A DNA stretch of 64,000 nt from Candidatus Latescibacterota bacterium. Its GTDB lineage: Bacteria > Latescibacterota > UBA2968 > UBA8231. Of this stretch, positions 60,978 to 64,000 are shown piece by piece; within the stretch, counting starts at the first letter, position 1, and each line of letters begins with the position of its first letter. Below the pieces are notes generated by a model. The model was not told the origin of the DNA and did no database searches. It saw nothing but the letters and a program-made list of their open reading frames with translations. The DNA lies in NCBI GenBank assembly GCA_965206595.1, contig OZ242214.1:2336001-2400000 (forward strand), given 5' to 3'. A program made the position numbers and the translations under genes.

Positions 60978-61879
60978 CCTCAGTCAGGTAATCAGATATC
61001 AATATCAGCTTGAACCGATGTTTGAAATCGATACAATCGCCGTTCCATGCATTCCACAATCATCTCCCGGCGCAAGGGGCTCATTAGTGGCTGGAACTCA
61101 CTGTCAAGCATTTCTTTGAACTGTCGTAGGAATTGAGGTCGGTATAGACCTGAGAGCACTGCACGGAGATCGGGATAGGAATGGTGGATTTTCTGAATGA
61201 GGGAAAAATGATCGGGGTCGTCTTCTCCATTCCAGCCAGTTTTTGGTTTCGAGTTTTTGACATACCGCTCGAAGAAGGCATGCAACCGTTGCGGATCAGG
61301 ATTCTGTTTTACAGCTTGAAGTTTCGACTCTGAATCGTTCCAGAAAAGTGCACGTGCGCTGTCGTAAATGGGAGCAAAAAAAGACTCATGGCGTGCGTGG
61401 GTGTGAACCACGACTCCCCAATTGTAATGATGCCGATCATTATTCCCTACGATGGCATCGAAAGCGAGCATTCGAGTGTACGCCCCAAGAATGGAACTCG
61501 CCTGACCGGGAAACTGAACTTTAATAGCTTCCTCGATGAACTGGAAAGTAAACAAATCCCGGGTTGCTCCAGCCCGCTCTACTTCTTCTACAAAATCCTT
61601 GTCTTCCAGGTAGCCTGCAAATATCTCAGCCTCGTGAACAAGGCTTTGATTGGGTCCGAGGAAATACCGGCTTAGGAATCGGACCTGACCATGCGCTGAA
61701 ACGAGCAAAGACGCGGCCATTTTCAGACCGAGCAGTTGCCCCACCCTCGTAAGCAAATGCTCCGTAACAGACTCGTTAGGGTACCATTTATGCCCAACCT
61801 TGGCAATATACGCGGGCCATTTTCGAGGATTGGACCGCTTGGCTTTTCCATAGGTGTAGACGCGTATGAAGTTCTTTGG

Positions 61880-63500
61880 GTAACCGTTCAGTCCCCCCTG
61901 CAGTAGTTTGAGCATATAAAGAAATACCTAAGCGGGTTTTCGGGTTCGTCGGTATTTTCGGGATCGGTTGTGTGTTGCAGATTTCCCTGGATACGGCGAC
62001 CCCATGAAGAGACCTCCTGAGAGTACGATTTCCGAAGGCGACCTGCGCCAGCGCATTGTCCAGCTTGAGCAGATCGTGGAACAACAGACGGCGCGCATCG
62101 GGGAGCTGGAGCGGGAATTGGCCCGCCGCAAGGGGCGCTCCCGCCGCGGTGCCCGGGCCGCCTCGTCGCAATCGGGCGCTTCCTCCTCGCCGCGCACCGA
62201 CACCTCCCGACGCCGATCCTCGGGGCGCTCGCCGGGCGGACAGCCCGGGCACGAAGGACCCGGCCGCTCGTGGGTATCGGTGGAGCAGGTGGACGAACGG
62301 ATCCCGGTCAAGCCGAGTACGTGCCACGGATGCGGGCACCCGTTGACGGGAGACGATCCTCATCCGCAGCGTCACCAGGAAGTCGTCCTCCCGCCGCTGC
62401 GGGCCGAGGTCATCGAGTATCAGTTGCACACCCTGCGCTGCGGTCACTGCGACCGCCTGACCGCAGCCGGTTTGGCCCGAGGGCGTGTCGCGCCACACCT
62501 TCGGTCCCAGCGTGCAAGCCTGGGTCGGCCTGCTGGCCGGGGCCTACCGGCTGAGCAAGCGCAACATCCGGGCGTTGTTGTCCGACGCCTTCGGCCTCGA
62601 GGTGTCGCTGGGTACGGTCAGCCGACTGGAACGGGAGGTGGCCGCGGCCCTGGCGGCTCCGGTCGAGGAGGCGCGCGCCTTCGTTCGCCGACAGGGCCTC
62701 GTCAACGTCGACGAGACCGGCTGGCGCCAGCGCCGCGCCAAGGCCTGGTTGTGGACCGCGGTGACGGCCGGCGTCACCGTGTTCGCCATTCGCCCAAGCC
62801 GGGGACGGGACGGGGTCGATGAGGTGCTGGGTGCGGACAACCGGGCGGTGGTCGGCTCCGATCGCTATTCGGCCTACGCGCATCTGCCGCTACGACGCCG
62901 GCACGTGTGCTGGGCTCATCTGCGGCGCGCCTTCGAGGAGTTCGTGGCCCGGGGCGGAGAGGCCGGGCGCGTCGGTCAACACCTGTTGGACCGCAGCGAG
63001 CAGCTGTTTACCTGGTGGCATCAAGTCCGCGACGGCACCCTGTCCCGCGCCCGCTTCCAGGACTATATCGACGATTTGTGTCTGCGCTTTCGTTTTCATT
63101 TGTGCTATGGTCAGCAGTTCGCCGACGCCAAGACGGCGGCCACCTGCGCCAATCTCCTCGACCTCGGGCCGGCCCTGTGGACCTGCGCACGCCGGCCCGG
63201 CGTCGAGCCGACCAACAACGAAGCCGAACGAGCCCTTCGCCATGGCGTGTTGTGGCGTCACACCAGCTTCGGTACCCACAGTGCCGAAGGCAGCCGTTTC
63301 GTAGAGCGCCTGCTCACGGTACGCGATACCCTGCGCCAGCAGCAGCGCAACGTCCTCGACTATCTCAGGATGGCCTGTGACGCGGCCGTGTCTCAGCAGC
63401 CGGCGCCCTCGCTGCTGCCTTCAACCCACTCCGCCATTCGCTAATATTCTGCTACCATTCCGCCCCCGGCCCCAACCTGCCAGGGGAACTGAACGGTTAC
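61880..63500 (+). mobile_element. IS66-family element (single-ORF, ISBst12-type)
   Basis: TIRs GTAACCGTTCAGT...; 8-bp TSD TTCTTTGG at 61872-79 and 63501-08. Confidence 0.95.
62004..63444 (+). pseudogene. IS66 transposase, frameshift near 62475
   Basis: GGQPGHEG, CxxC, VDETGW, SDRYSAY, CWAHLRR, TNNEAERALR. Confidence 0.88.
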
Positions 63501-63702
63501 TTCTTTGGAGCCTCGCCGGCAATGGTTTGGTCCACTATGGTGTAATACCCCTTGCGAAGAGGAGGCAACACGCCTTGGCTGCTGATCTCGAATCCAGACC
63601 AATTGATCACTTGCTCCTGCGACAGCTGTTGCTCCAATAGCCCAGAGCGGTATGGCACAGTGGTTTCGAATCTCCCATCAAAATCAAGTAACTTCGACAA
63701 AT

Positions 63703-63803
63703 GAGCTTGGTACGCAGACTCAAGGGGTGAGCCCGTGTTTCTCGAAGCGGCGGTAGAGCGCCGCCCGGCTCAGGCCCAGGGCCTGGGCCACCCGGCTGAT
63801 GTT
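63703..63803. repeat. 101-bp direct repeat copy B
   Basis: Partner of 60406-60506, offset 3297 bp. Confidence 0.9.
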
Positions 63804-64000
63804 CCCCTTGTAGTGCTCCATGCAGCGGACGATCATCGAGCGCTCCAGCTCGTCGAGGGTCATGGTTCCCGGGGCCGGCAGGCCGGCCTGCCCACCCTGC
63901 CCTTCCACGGGCTGCATCGCCAGGGCGGCTTCGAAATCGCCGGTCCCGAGGACCTGGCCGGAGCTCATCAGGGCGGTCCGCTCCACCAGCTGCTTGAGCT
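63720..64000 (-). CDS. sigma54-dependent (NtrC-family) response regulator, 3' end (partial)
   Basis: TLDELERSMI...GNISRVAQALGLSRAALYRR Fis-type HTH; upstream of the kinase gene. Confidence 0.85.
   Translation of the reverse strand, partial: LKQLVERTALMSSGQVLGTGDFEAALAMQPVEGQGGQAGLPAPGTMTLDELERSMIVRCMEHYKGNISRVAQALGLSRAALYRRFEKHGLTP

Larger units (their letters stand above)
60992..63700 (-). pseudogene. HipA-like Ser/Thr kinase interrupted by IS66
   Basis: Removing the IS and one TSD rejoins GEAPK-NFIRVY in frame; YIAK, NESVTE, DAIVGNNDRHHYNW, APIYD; start uncertain. Confidence 0.88.

Noticed and set aside
5288-62490. Single-base frameshifts (PhyH 5288-6482, transposase ~11300, rbsK ~40028, PIN ~50137, IS66 ~62475) as programmed frameshifting or phase variation
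   Set aside because: No slippery heptamers or long repeat tracts; scattered 1-nt indels, several in short G/C runs, fit long-read consensus errors better; needs read-level checking
1-64000. tRNA, rRNA, integrase or prophage genes
   Set aside because: None recognised by eye; a covariance-model scan would be needed to exclude small RNAs

Overview
GC-rich window from a diderm bacterium (TonB-dependent receptor, Omp85 barrel). The seven phytanoyl-CoA-dioxygenase (PhyH)-family genes and a C-terminal 'TAVExxTWGRIKAS' motif suggest a Latescibacterota/Poribacteria-like organism; this is inference only. Most of the window is catabolic and housekeeping genes: RNase R-like, ABC-F, oxidoreductases, GGT, acetolactate synthase, Ldh_2 x2, aminotransferase, M20 peptidase, Fhs, ribokinase, GH32, TBDR/DUF4249 and an NtrY/NtrC-like pair. 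There are three IS elements (IS1182-like, IS5, IS66) and two accessory islands. The first (47.9-54.5 kb) is a defence-like block: Schlafen/AlbA-HATPase, TIR, PIN toxin plus partner, nuclease-MTase-TRD and HicB. The second (60.4-63.8 kb) is a HipA-like kinase/HipS-like cassette bracketed by 101-bp direct repeats and split by IS66. The most unusual signals are not in the ORF track: (i) a kissing-loop, SD-sequestering leader RNA before a helical-domain/bifunctional-nuclease fusion; (ii) a promoter, a leader peptide ending Pro-Pro-stop and a terminator before the ABC-F gene; (iii) phased decamer triads alternating with perfect IHF consensus sites at the island edge; (iv) repeated diverged duplications of gene ends and orphan mid-gene fragments. 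Several single-base frameshifts may be long-read sequencing errors. Family calls come from motif recognition, not database searches.
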